Assembly: GCA_030704615.1 (NCBI GenBank)
Contig: CM060732.1
Coordinates: 69,502,001-69,566,000, forward strand
Length of the DNA stretch: 64,000 nucleotides
Reading direction: 5' to 3'
From: Takakia lepidozioides
Taxonomy: Eukaryota; Plantae; Bryophyta
The notes beneath the pieces were generated by a model, which was not told the origin of the DNA, made no database searches, and saw only the letters and a list, made by a program, of their open reading frames with translations. This document shows positions 21,622-33,900 of this stretch, one piece after another (position 1 is the stretch's first letter; every line of letters begins with the position of its first letter). A program made the position numbers and the translations under genes.

Positions 21622-24600
21622 CAGCTGAACTGCTACTTTCGGAGACAATGTAACAACTCTTGTAAGACTAGTGTAGGACTGCAGAGAGAAGAGATCAAGG
21701 TAAGCTCTAGATAGATGTTAGGTGATAATCCTCTGGCCAGCGTACGAGTGAACTGTAGTGAAAAGGTGACTACAGATTAAATATACAAAGAAACTCGCAG
21801 CAACAACAGTAGTCACTCTCGAAGAAATTGTGAATTCACAAGGTCAGCAAGCGCAATCTGTCGATCGCACGCATGGAGCCTGTAGATGACTGCCATGTTC
21901 AATATAAGGTGGAACTGGGGATAAGATGCGGAAGAAGGGTGCAGAAGGTTCGGTGGGGATGGATGCAGGGCTGGAGAAGCCATGGACCACTGCACGTGCT
22001 TTGCATCCACCATCTCGGGCATGTGTATTGGTAAGAGTGCCGGCAGGAATCTTGGGCTGGTTCCTGCATTGGAGACCCAGCAAGGTGAGCTGCGTGTTTG
22101 GTGTGTGGTCTACAAAGGGTAAAGCCGCCATCTTCTCCATCCTGTGTATATCCTTGACATGTTCCGCGTGATGGTAGGCTGCTGGGCACCCCACAAGAGG
22201 CTGGGCGCCACGTTCTTACTTTGGGAGAGCAGGGCCTACAGATTACGAAAAGGGCTCTGCTATGATAACGTGGCCCCGGGATAGATTCCAGTATCCCAAG
22301 GTTAGATTCTTAAATTATTCTATGGCCCTTGATAAAGATTCCGTGGCCTTTGGGTGAAGGTGTCCTAGGGGCCTATGGTATGTGAGGAATCTTTCATGCC
22401 TATACTAGAATCTTATAAAGATTTTGTGTCCTAAGGTCAGGCTCCTTGCATATTTATGCCTCTCATTTTCCAATAATTGGGATGATATGGCCTACGCGGG
22501 AGCTGACCGGTGGGCCCCGCGCACGGACGCCCGGCTTCCCCCGCGCGGGTCGCCCACCTGCTGCCGCGGCCCCACCAGCCGCGCCCCTAGTCCGCCCGCC
22601 AGTCCGCTGCCCGTGAGTCCAGTTCCCCTCAGTCCGCCAAACCGCAGTTTGCTCTACACGCCAGTCCGCTGTACCCGTCTGCTGCCCCCAGTCTGCCAGT
22701 CTGCCAGTCCGCGCCGGCCGAAGGATCTGGATCGTCCATTCTGAGAAACCTATTCGCGCCATCCATGTTTAGGCATGGAAGATCGTAACACCCCGCCACG
22801 AACTCGCCCACTCGTTCTTGTTGTCTCGTTCTTGCGGCTCTTTGTTGTCCAATGTTGCGGAGGTGACTTTGCACACATGCGGCTGTTGTTCTTGTTTATG
22901 GCGATTTTAATGACGATGAAGGGTGTGCCTGAACATGAGAGGGCTGGCAGGGCTCTACAGCCACCATCGTGCATATGCTTCCACTATTTTCGCCTTCGTT
23001 TTGTGCTGACATGCTTATTTTTTTAGGATGATATGTGGAAAAATTGCATGCGTTTACGGTTTGTGGTGTGTCTCCGAGTTCGAGCTCCTTCGTATGGAGT
23101 AGGAAACCATTGGTAACACGATAGCGGAAATCGCGGAAGCATATGCACGTGGGGGCGTGTATACATTGCAGAATTTATGTCCACCGATGAGACTGTTCAA
23201 GTGAGGACGTCTCTGCCACCACATGTCTGGGAACTGCAGAGAGTGTGAACGGAACAGATCCAGTCCAAAGGTCCTCAAACATCTAGATGCACCTCCTGAA
23301 ACATCACATCTCAACCACTACCATCTCTTTGAAAACTGGACAATGGGAAAGGAGACGTAGCCTGAGAGATGTGGATTCACGTTGCTTGTGGATGTTCGAG
23401 GTCCTTACGACTGCAAATGCGCGTGGATCAACAGGCTCTTCGACTGCGTCTTTGTCAGTACTTTCTCTAAGCAGTGTGTTGTGCCATGAGTATGGGCATA
23501 TGCAAGTCTGCTGGACGGATGAAATGCAACCATGACATGACGGCGACGCCAAGCGTGGTTCTGATGGGATATCAGTCTGGTCTGCTGGACTGTTGGTCTG
23601 TAAGGATACAAGTCTGGTGTGGCGTGAATCTGTTTTTCACTGGACTACTGGGCCGTCACTGCCTGCCGAATTCCGAAGTGTCTTCTCTCGTCTTATCCCC
23701 GAAGTCTCTTCTCTCGTCAGTCTGTTGAACCGTTGGTCAGTTGGAAGTCCGTCTCTTCGGATATGAGTCCGTTTAACTACTACCTTTTAATTATCTGCAT
23801 TGTCGTGAGTCTGCTGAGCCGTCGGACTGCTGGTCTGTCCGTCTCTTCTGATATCAGTCAGCTGGACTGTCACAAAGTCAGTCTACTGTGGTGCAAGTCT
23901 GTTTGCGCTGGGTCTGTTGAGCCGTGATTATTATCACGTGTAAGTCTGCTGGACGCGGTTTACGATTTACTCCCGTATCAGCCGGCGCCTAGGGGATACT
24001 TTGTCTTTTGGGATATTAGTCTGTTAGAAATCAGTCTGTTGTCGCGCAAATTACTCTGCGCTAGTCTCTTCGTCAGTCTGTTGAACCTTCCGTCTGCTGG
24101 ACTGTCCGTGCAATGGCATACGAGTCTGTTGTTGCGCAAGTTTGTTTGCAGTGGGTCTGTTCGGCCGTTATGTCATTAGGTTTAAGTCTGCTGGACGCAA
24201 TAAATGCAGCGACGGCGGTAAGGAGACCCAGTCACGTCGCGGCACGTCATCAGACTCCGCACCAGACTCCACACTCGCCTTAGTCTCTTCGTCAGTCCGC
24301 TTAACCTCAGTCGTCAGTCTGTCCTTGCGGTGGCATGTGAGTCTGTTGTGGAGGGTACTGGGTCTGCTCGGCCGTCTTTGTCATCAGGAGTAAGTCTGCT
24401 GGACTTGATGAATGCGACGACGGCAGACTGACGATAATCCCACTCATCCCGTCTGCTGGACTGTCCGTGCAGTGGCATACCGCCAGCACGTGTGGGGGGT
24501 CTGTAACTATTTAATGGGATGGCGGCCAAAAAGGGGCGCCAGTGAAATCTCGCCACGTCACTCCACACATGCAGGGTCCACTTCCCGCTGGACTTCTTTC

Positions 24601-25476
24601 GCACTGTTTCGTTTAGGGCCCGTCCACCTCCCATTGGTGCGAGCCCGCTTTCCTTTGTGCGTGTTAGGTTTTCGAGGCGCGGACAGTCGCGTGAGCACCA
24701 AATCGTCGCAACAACCGTCGCTTGTTGCCCGGTGAGCTTTCCTCTTTGTGCTTTGTGCTTTGGTTTCTTTCCATTCTCTTTTCCGCTCTTCTCTGCTTTC
24801 TTATTCTTAGTCTGTCTGTCGCTCATTGCCGCTGCATCTCTTGTCTGATTCTGCAGCCATGGAGGATGCTTGTGCAAAGGGTGGAGCAAACTGGTTGCAT
24901 TTCATGCACAAGTCCAGGCTATAGGAACGAAGGTACTGGTACTCACCTGAGGAGTATGATGCGAAAATAGTCGAAGCATTCTTAGACCTCCGTGCAATCA
25001 AGCTTGCAGACTCCAACTGGCAGAAGGATAAGCTTCATTGTCCCTTCTGTAGTGAAATTATCAAGGACAAAGTGCAGCTAAACCGCCCTCATTGAACTTT
25101 GAACTGGCCACGGCTTGAAGCCAGGTGGGATATAGCGCTTGTTTTTACAACTCGTGTCAACACAATGGCGGCCACCGCCAGACTCCGTGGTGCAAACCCA
25201 AAGGCCCACACTTTGGCGGAGGTGCGCGCACAGTATGGGGTGGGTTCGGATGTTTCAATGCAAGATGTGCATGACCTGACATCGCCATCGCATGTGGCTC
25301 CCAGAAAAATGAAACTTAGTGATGGGGCCCAGAAGAAGGAAAAGAAAAAGGCTGCAAGGTCTGCTCGGGAAACGAGGGCGAAATCTCAACAGCAGACTCG
25401 TCCCCAAGGTAGTCGGGAAGTGTCACGGGCTATGCCAGGGAGACGGTCTACGCAGCAGACACAGACCATCAGTACT
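21395..25476 (+). repeat. Local tandem duplication, copy 2
   Basis: Matches 1-3569 and, inverted, 8909-9407. Confidence 0.93.
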
Positions 25477-26499
25477 TTGAGTAAGAGCCAGTCTGCTGAG
25501 CCGTCTGCAAACATCATTCGGAATGATGAATTCGCAGGTCTGGGAGGTGTCTCATCTCCCGTCGACATTGTCTTGCCTGACCAGTTGAGGGTTCACGTGG
25601 ACGAAGTCCAGTCGAAAGAGACTACCAGTGGAGTCTGTCCTGGCACATTGCGCCTCATACCATTTGGGCTTCTCCCATCGGTGTGCCCACCAGTGGACGA
25701 TCCAGACTTCTTCCGTTTTCTCTACAGTCCGGACAGCTCAGCAGAACCATCCGAGCAGCGGAGGAAAATTGGTTGAGCTCCCTTTAAGATGAGGAGGACG
25801 TCTATGTCGACGACGACGACGAGGTAATGCCCAATCTATCCCCACAATTGGTGTATGTTGTCATAGAGTCTGCTAGTTCAGTCTACCTGCTCGGTCTGCT
25901 GCGTCAGTCTGCTTGTGGACTTGCTGGTCAATCCCATGCTTGTGGACTTGCTCGTCAGTCCCTGAAGTCCGTTGTCCCTGGAGTCCGTTGGTTCCTTTGT
26001 TCTGTGCCACGATCACTACAACATATTGCGGCTTTTATGACTCCCGTGGGTGCGTAGTCATGACAGATTTGTGGCAGAAATGCCATTTGCAGTCGTAAAA
26101 TGCTTTGAAGTCATAATGCAAGTCTGGGGAAGGTGTATATGCGACTGCATGGCTCCGGACTCTGCGCAACACAGGTCAAACATGTTTGACCACGAATATT
26201 GGCATGGCAGATAAGACTACTAATCACGGTCATGGCTACACTGGAATGACGTGTACATATTGCTAGACAGACATATGACTTCATGACTCTCACTCTAATG
26301 CATTCTGCCAGATCATCACATAGATGAATCACTACATCACTGCACGTGTCAACACATGCTTTTCTGGTTATATATATAATATATGAGTATTTATATTTTG
26401 AAAAAACAGAGACTCTGACCACTAGAATGAATTAAAAAAAACAAAGTGCAAAAAGATTTAAAGAAAAACACATGATAGAGTAAGTGGCACAGTGTGTCG

Positions 26500-26680
26500 C
26501 CCTGGTGGTTTGGGATTCAAACCCGCTGCCCTTATCCTGTATGTGGGATTGTTCGTGACGGTATGTCTGGGCGTTGATCCTCTTGTAGGTCTTATGGCCC
26601 ATAAATGAAGGCGGGTGAAATTTTTCCCCTCCTCAAGGGCCTGTGGTTTCCTTTAAGAAAAGAAAAAAAAGAAAAAAAAT
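26500..26680 (+). mobile_element. tRNA-derived SINE-like repeat, 5'-truncated
   Basis: B-box-like GATTCAAACC; body shared with 56552-56746 (GTGGGATTGTTCGTGACG, TTTTTCCCCTCCTCAAGGGCCTG); A-rich tail. Confidence 0.6.
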
Positions 26681-27989
26681 CAAAAAGGGGCTTTTAGGGT
26701 TTACAAAAAGGTTAAAAAACTTAAAAAGTTGCCCATCACGGTAGCGTGAACAGACTTAGAGCAAGTGGGAGGGAGAGAGAGAGAGAGAGGGCCGGGACTT
26801 AGAGTGAGCTAGCGAGAGTGAGGGCAAACATGCATGGGAGGCCCGCAGTTGGAGCAACCTTTGCATCTGAAGCAAACAACCCTAGAAACGCTAGGGTATG
26901 TGTGCGAGGAGGTTTCGGCTGGGAGCTCACCGTTTTTTGGGAGAGTGCTCATTCTCTTTCTCGTGTGGGCCTTAGAAACCTTGGGGTGTACCTGCCTTGG
27001 CCGCTAATCCTCATAGAGGCGTAGTCGGTTTTGTAGCTACCAAGGTCCGAGTCGGCTCTCAATCATGAGCACCCGTGCACAACCAAACAACGAGCTGGCT
27101 GCGGATGATGTAAAGCATCAAATGAAACCACGGAGTTATCAGCCCTGCCGCAGTAACCCTCCTCTTGAACGCAGATGTGACACATACAGGTGTGATTTCA
27201 TTCCATTGACTCTGCAGTTAACAGAGGCTCGTCTAGGAGAAAACAAAATTTCCAGGGCAGATTACAGAACTAGGTTTCAGTAGTCCAGAGCTTATTTGAG
27301 CATTCAGCTGAAGAATTTCCCTGACGTGTGGACGGGCAAGAACCCATTGTGTGCAGAACGCATGTGCCCACCATGGGTATGGTGACTTTTACACTGCTTC
27401 CAGCGTTAGGAGTGAAGAACATAGAAACGAACGTAGTTTGGGATTTGCAGCAATGACATTCGATAGCTGTGAAAGCCAATTCTCTGTACATTATATAAAT
27501 TACTTCAGTGTCCGAAAACAAAGGATTCACAAGCAGCTCTTGGACTCATTGTAAGTTGAGAATATGAAATTATGGTCGCCCTAAGTAGTTTGTTTCAAAC
27601 CCCCCCCCCTGCAAGAGAGTCATGAAGCAAGCCAAGTTGTTACTGGCTGTTTGCAGACGCAGAAGGAGGCTTTGCAAAGTGGATTGCTGACCATTCAAGA
27701 TATTGAGATGATGGCTGTGGATGAAGAAGGTATGTATTCATTCTTTTGTTGTTCAGTCTGATCATAGTGCTATGTGAAGGAGATGTTTATGCTGGTTGTA
27801 CTGTCCAAAAAGCAACAGACTTGGTGTCTTGGGTCTCCTCATCGCAAAGATACTCAAAATGCTTTATCAAGGTGTTTCTGAAACAGTCTTTGGTGCCAGG
27901 CAAGAATGGTTGACAGATCTCCTTATCAGCTTTGGTTCTCCTACAGACATGTTAGAGTTTCATTTGCTTTCTTTCTTTTTCTCTAGGTC

Positions 27990-30178
27990 CAACAGTGAGG
28001 GGTCTTCTGCTGAATGGAGGGACACAGTTGGAAAAACTGTTCCTATGATTCAAACAGCCCTGATGAACTGGAGTATATTTCAATGGCTTATAACGCTCCC
28101 ATTAGTTCTTCTGAGATTGTGGAAGCAATTGAACATTTAAATGGATATAAAGCTGGTGGACCTGATGGTATTGTCAACGAGCTTATCAAGCACGGTGGCG
28201 ATCCCATGATAGAGGCCCTAGTTCTCCTCTTTAACCTTATCTGGAAGACTGAAATGATCCCCTTTCGCTGGCGACAGGGGGTCATTGTCAGTCTATACAA
28301 GAAGGGTGACAGAGAAGAACCGGGGAACTACCGTGGCATCACGCTCCTCAATGCTGTTGGCAAGACATTCTGCAGAGTTATAAGTACTCGTCTCGAGGTT
28401 GATCTGGAGTCTAGAGGTTGTTTCCACGAAGGCCAAGCTGGCTTTCGGCAAAACAGGGGCTGTGTGGATCATATCTTCACTCTAAGCCAGATTATTCAGG
28501 GAAGGAAAAAAGAAGGGAACCCACTTATGTTTTTTTCCTGGATGTCAAAAGGCTTATGACATAGTGTGGAGAGATGGCCTATGGTTCCGCCTCTGGTCTT
28601 GTGGGATCAAGGGAAAGATGTGAGAGTTGTCCACAACTTGAATGCTCACACAAAAGCTGTGTCACTGTTAACGGACAGAAGTCCAACTTTTTTGACATAG
28701 ACCAAGGTGTAGCTCGAGGATGTACTCTCTCCCCTCTGCTCTTCAATGTTTTCATCAATCAACTCCTCGGGGATGTGCAAAGTGAAGGATTTGGGTTAAG
28801 GGTGGGTGATACCACCATACCAGCCCTTATGTTTGCGGATGACTTTGCAGGCATAAGGGAGACTCCAACCAATCTCCAGGAGTTGATTGATTGCGCGAAG
28901 AGATACTTTGATCTTTGGGGCTAGAGGCTAATGTCAGCAAATGTGCAGTGGTAGCATTCAACGACAGAGGAGAGGGAGGAAGTGATCTTGAGTGGCAGTG
29001 GGGTAGCCAAGAGATCCCGGTCCTCCCTTCCTACACTTACCTGGGCGTTGAGTTTTCCTCCAATTGTAATTGGGATGCACATATACGGAAAGTTGTTCAA
29101 ACTGGCAAGGGCAAAGCTCTGGGGCTCACTAAATTTTTCCACTGCAGAGGGGTCATCTCTGAGGTTAAGAAAACCATGCTTTGTCGCGTTATTAGACCTG
29201 CCTTGGAGTATGGATCTGCTATATGGGTTGATAACTCCAACCAGGCTAAGTCTCTAGAATCCATTCAAGTGGGGGTGCTTAAGGAGTGCATGTCAGCATG
29301 CTCCAAACAGCCAATGTGGCTGTTCGGGGTGAGTTTGGCATTCCATCCTTAAGCTCCCGACGAGATGAATTCAAGGTCAGATGGTGGGGTCAGCTGCAAC
29401 ATATGCCCAACACCAGATATCCTAAGTTGATCGACTCTATATCTTGGAAACAGGACCGCCCTGTCAAACAGGCCAAGTCCTGGCAAAAGAGAGTAGAAAA
29501 GATTCTCAAGGACCTGGACCTGGATCCGCAAGTCTTGACCCTGCTGGATAAATCTGCCTTAGAGGCTGTAGTGTCCTCAGCCATGTCTGTTGCCATGAGA
29601 TTGTCTGATGAAAATGAAGTTAGGCAGAGAATTTCCCTGAACTTGATTCCAGTCAGTGACATGGGGGTGGACATCTTGGATGACCTCAAGGGTCTACCCA
29701 CTCTCGGCACTAGACTGAAATTTAAACTCAGGGCAGGAAGCCTACCTTTGAACAGCAAACAGAAGCAGAGAGGAAAGGGAGAGTGCAATTGTCCGTTGTG
29801 TGGGCAATTTGAAGACAATATTCATTTTCTGATACACTGTCCGGGGTTCTCTCACCAAAGAGACGCTCTCTTCAATTCTATCAAGGGAATTGTGCCTGTA
29901 CCCCTGTTTACCAACTTTGAAAGTCTCGAGGTTGAGCCAAAAGCCCAGGCCCTCCTGAGGCCTAGTTTTTGGGCAAATCACACACAGCAGATTGATGCTT
30001 GTGTGAAGGGTTTTCTAGAGGATATCTGGAAAACCCGGATTAATTCCTTATATGATGGTAAGTCTTACTACCAACGTCAGTCCCTGACGGAGGTAGGTTC
30101 TTTTCCTTTTGTTTCTGCTCAAACTGGGCACGGGGTCAATGGCCACAAGGCTACGGCAAACAACGTCTTATGAGTACA
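27990..30178 (+). mobile_element. 5'-truncated LINE ORF2 (RT plus C-terminal CCHC), frameshifted
   Basis: KAGGPDG, NYRGITLL, QAGFR..R.C.DHIFTL, GVARGCTLSPLLF, FADD, YTYLGV, CPLC..HFLIHC. Confidence 0.92.
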
Positions 30179-30429
30179 ATCTAAGCTTCTCCGTCAGCTC
30201 CGTAGGGTTTGTGTTATTGTATGGCAGCGTCCAATTTATATTCCTAGTCATTTTGTTGGTTGATAGATTGTTGTCACAGTACGCGTGTCACAGTACAAGC
30301 TGTAAGAAAGCAAGAGATACATAGTTATACAGTCAAACAGACAACTATCAGTTTCTGTGGAATCTCTTCCCAATGGCAGGATGGGTTGGGAACAGCCAAG
30401 TCAGGAGGCGAATGCCTGTCAAATTACCA

Positions 30430-30920
30430 CATGTCCTTCTGAACACTGCCCCTGCCCTGGTGGACATGTATGCCAAATGTGGGTGCATCGAGGATGCCAA
30501 GGGAGTGTTCAACACTGTGGCTGAACGAGATGTGGTGTCGTGGAGTGCGATGCTTGCAGGGGATGCACCGCTGGGGTGCGGGATGGAGGCTCCAACCTTT
30601 GAGCAAATGATGGGGGAAGGGGTGAAGGCCGTTGACATAACGTTTGTGTGCGTTTACAATGCGTCTGGCAGCCCTGGAAAAGGGCAAAGAGATCCCTGGT
30701 AACATCATCAAATCTGCAATTGTACCAGATGTCATCCTGAACATTGCTCTGGTGGCCATGTATGCTAAATGTGGGAGCATTGAGGATGCTAAGGGAGTGT
30801 TCAACACTATGGCTGAACCAGATGTGGTGTCGTGGAATGCGATGCTTGCAGGGTGTACAGAGCAGGAGCGCGAGATGGGGCTTTGGACACATGAAAGCAA
30901 ATGATGGGGAAGGGGTGAAG
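30430..30920 (+). pseudogene. PLS-class PPR fragments captured in CACTA C
   Basis: ALVDMYAKCGCIEDAKGVF..RDVVSWSAMLAG and ALVAMYAKCGSIEDAK..DVVSWNAMLAG; frameshifted; no E/DYW domain. Confidence 0.88.
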
Positions 30921-33900
30921 GTACCTTCTTCAACATATTTCACCCTGTTTTCCTACTAGTGTTGCTTTGACAATTTTAGGCTGTCATTGTCAGCTGCTAG
31001 CAGCAAGGTGAGGATATATGCATGATTTGTGCAGAGGCATGGATAGCTGAAGGAGTAGGGATTTTGTGTGGGTCCAAGAGGGTCAGATTTCAAGCACAAG
31101 ATTACCTGTGATTCCCTGTGGATCAATAGCTACAAGAAACCTGCATGGGTAGATGGTCAACTGGCAGCAACGGCACAAGTGATAAAATCAGGCATTGCTA
31201 ATGCAGGCATCTTCTTCAACACATTTCACCCTGTTTTTCCCTCTTTATCAGAATCGGCCCTAAATTTACATGTTCAATTCTACAAATTAGCTGGTTGAGT
31301 GAATCTAGTTTGGAGTGACTTTGACATGATACTGCCAATGTGACAACAGGAAGTGTCAAAAAACAGGTAACAGAGATGAGGAGAAGTTGTGGATGAATAC
31401 TTATCTGAGCCCAGTCACTGATGGGTCAACCGGGGCAGAAAGGTGAATGCCTGCTACATTTCAAAGAGTAGCAGACGCAATTCAGCATAGGAACTAGTGT
31501 GCTACGCTGAGATGGGTGTTTCCTAGAACAAATGTAGGCTGTCATTGTCAGTTGCTAGTAGCAAGGCAAGGTTGAATGCTTGATTTTGTGCAGAGGCATG
31601 GATAGCTGAAGGAGTAGAGATAGAGTGTGGGTGACGCAGGGTGTTGGGCAATGGGCAAGACGTCTTTGTATAAACGTGAGTGACCTTCCTATCCTCCTGG
31701 CTCTCATTTTTAGTGCATGTTTCTTTGTGAAGTATCTGACGACTTTGCCAACACACACCAACCTTTTTGCTTTGGTTTGTTTACGAGTCCATGGGATAGA
31801 AGTTACCATAAATAACACTGGCATTGGTTTTTCATATATGGTATTAGACAATTTTCTTAATTATTTCCGCCTTGGCAGGTTGCTCAGTGACCTTCCCTGG
31901 ACGCTTTGGAGTATACCGAGTGAGTGTCTCACAATGCAATGTTGGTTGGTGCATCTTATGCAAGAACTTGGAAAACAAATAGATGTCATTGCTGTAGTAA
32001 TTCTTAAAGCCATGCAAGCTTTAGTTTTTGATAGGTTGCAGATTGATGGAATAGCATGAGTAGTTAGAAGATTATGGGTGAACACTTTTCAAAGTGTTAT
32101 AGTTAGACAATATAATTCACATGAGAACATGTCACTATTTTATGTATTTTTAGATCGCGACCAAAATGATAATGATAAATAGATTGGTAAATAGAGATGG
32201 TATACAATCTCTTGGTTTTGCTCAGTTTGTTGCAGTTATGTCTTGCTGCCTTGTTCTCTTTGTATTATATATTATATTTCATTGTTGTAATAGACTATAC
32301 ATGACTATCATATCATAGTCATAATAATGACTACATATATTTTCACTCTCCAATAGTACTACAACACCATGTGGCAGAAATACAAATATGTAAAAAAATA
32401 GCAATACACCCAAAAAACACCCATCATGACACATGTCAATCTGCTGAGGGACCACATGTAAAAACTACAACGCGCCACGTGTTGCAACCGTATTAGCACA
32501 CCCGTAGTCATAGTTCGCAGTCATGGAGAGCGAACACTCTGCCACGTGTCATTTCATGTATCGAGCACGTGTCACTCTTGCACAGCCGCTGACATGGACT
32601 ACACTGTCCGTTCAGTCATTCAGTAAAGCCAGCGTGTATGACTACCCCCACAGCTGCTCAGGCGCCACGTCACAGCCAGCCTGGAGAGTCATATTTGCCA
32701 TGTCACAACTACTAGGGCTTTACGTCTTCAAGTCAGGAAGTCGTAAATGGCTTCCACTGCATTTGCAGTCATAACACAGAGACGTAAAAGCCGCAATCTG
32801 TTGTAGTGGATGCTGGTGAGTCTGCTCGTGAGTCTGATGCTAGTGAGTCCGATGCTGAGTTTTTGGGTTTTCTGTCATATACCAGGATGAACGGGCCTTG
32901 TGTGCTAGGCGGACGGTGAGCTCCGACCCTCCTTTAGTAGTGAATACGGTGCGCCGAGAAGTGGAGCGGGTGCGGGAGTACATCTTGTTTAAGTACCCTG
33001 GCTCAACAGACGCCATAGCAGCACTGGACTCTGCAGACAAAGCACGCGCCAACTCCCCGGTCAACACCATACTCACTGCAGACTCGGTGGACACAGACCT
33101 CACCCAATCTGGCATCCAGCAGCAAAGCAGACTCTTTCCTACCAGACTCACAATCAGCGCAGTCTTGTCCAGCACACTCCCATGTACCAGACTCTCGTCC
33201 AGCATACTCCCATCCAGCAGACTGCTTTGCAGACTCCCAGCCCGCAGACTGCTATTCAGGAGACTCCCAACCAGCAGACTGCCACCCAGAAGACGCCCAT
33301 CCACCACACTACAGTCTAGCGGACTCCCAGCCAGCAGACTCTCATTGTCACGACCACCATGGGACTTTTTGGAGTTTAGCGCTCGCCATTGCCGCTCATT
33401 GATCCCGAAGCTGTGGACCTGACACTTGCCCGTCTGAGGGTGGGGGAAGTCAATGCCAATGTGGATTGGTATAATGAGCTCCATCGCATTGTCACGGACG
33501 GCCGGTGGCCTTTTGTTCCCTTTCATTATTCCATGGAATTTACTATGGCAGAAGCGAATGAAGTCCTCGAAAGCGCACATTATGTGGCCCTGGCAGCCAC
33601 GAAGGTCCAAAATGCCCCGCCACTGCTTGTCCAATTAATCCTCATGGATGACCCACGGCCTCAGGAACTCAAACATATGCCCATGGCACATCCCACCCAC
33701 CTTTGGGGTGCGGGAAAGCATTGCTTGGAATTACTGAAGAGTACTTTGATCGCATTGCTAATTCTTTCCTTCACCATCGATGGATGCAGTTCGGCAATTT
33801 CCGTTCATACAGTAAATTGGTAGAGGACCTGCAAAGTTTGAGGAAGTATTTGTTTCATTCAGATTCGGATGCAGGTAAGAAGAGTGTTGTGGATGAGGCG

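Larger units (their letters stand above)
26014..32808. mobile_element. Pack-CACTA element C (6.8 kb, non-autonomous)
   Basis: TIRs CACTACAACATATTGCGGCTTTTA / TAAAAGCCGCAATCTGTTGTAGTG, 3-bp TSD GAT on both sides, subterminal ATGACT repeats; carries SINE, LINE, PPR and other fragments. Confidence 0.93.
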
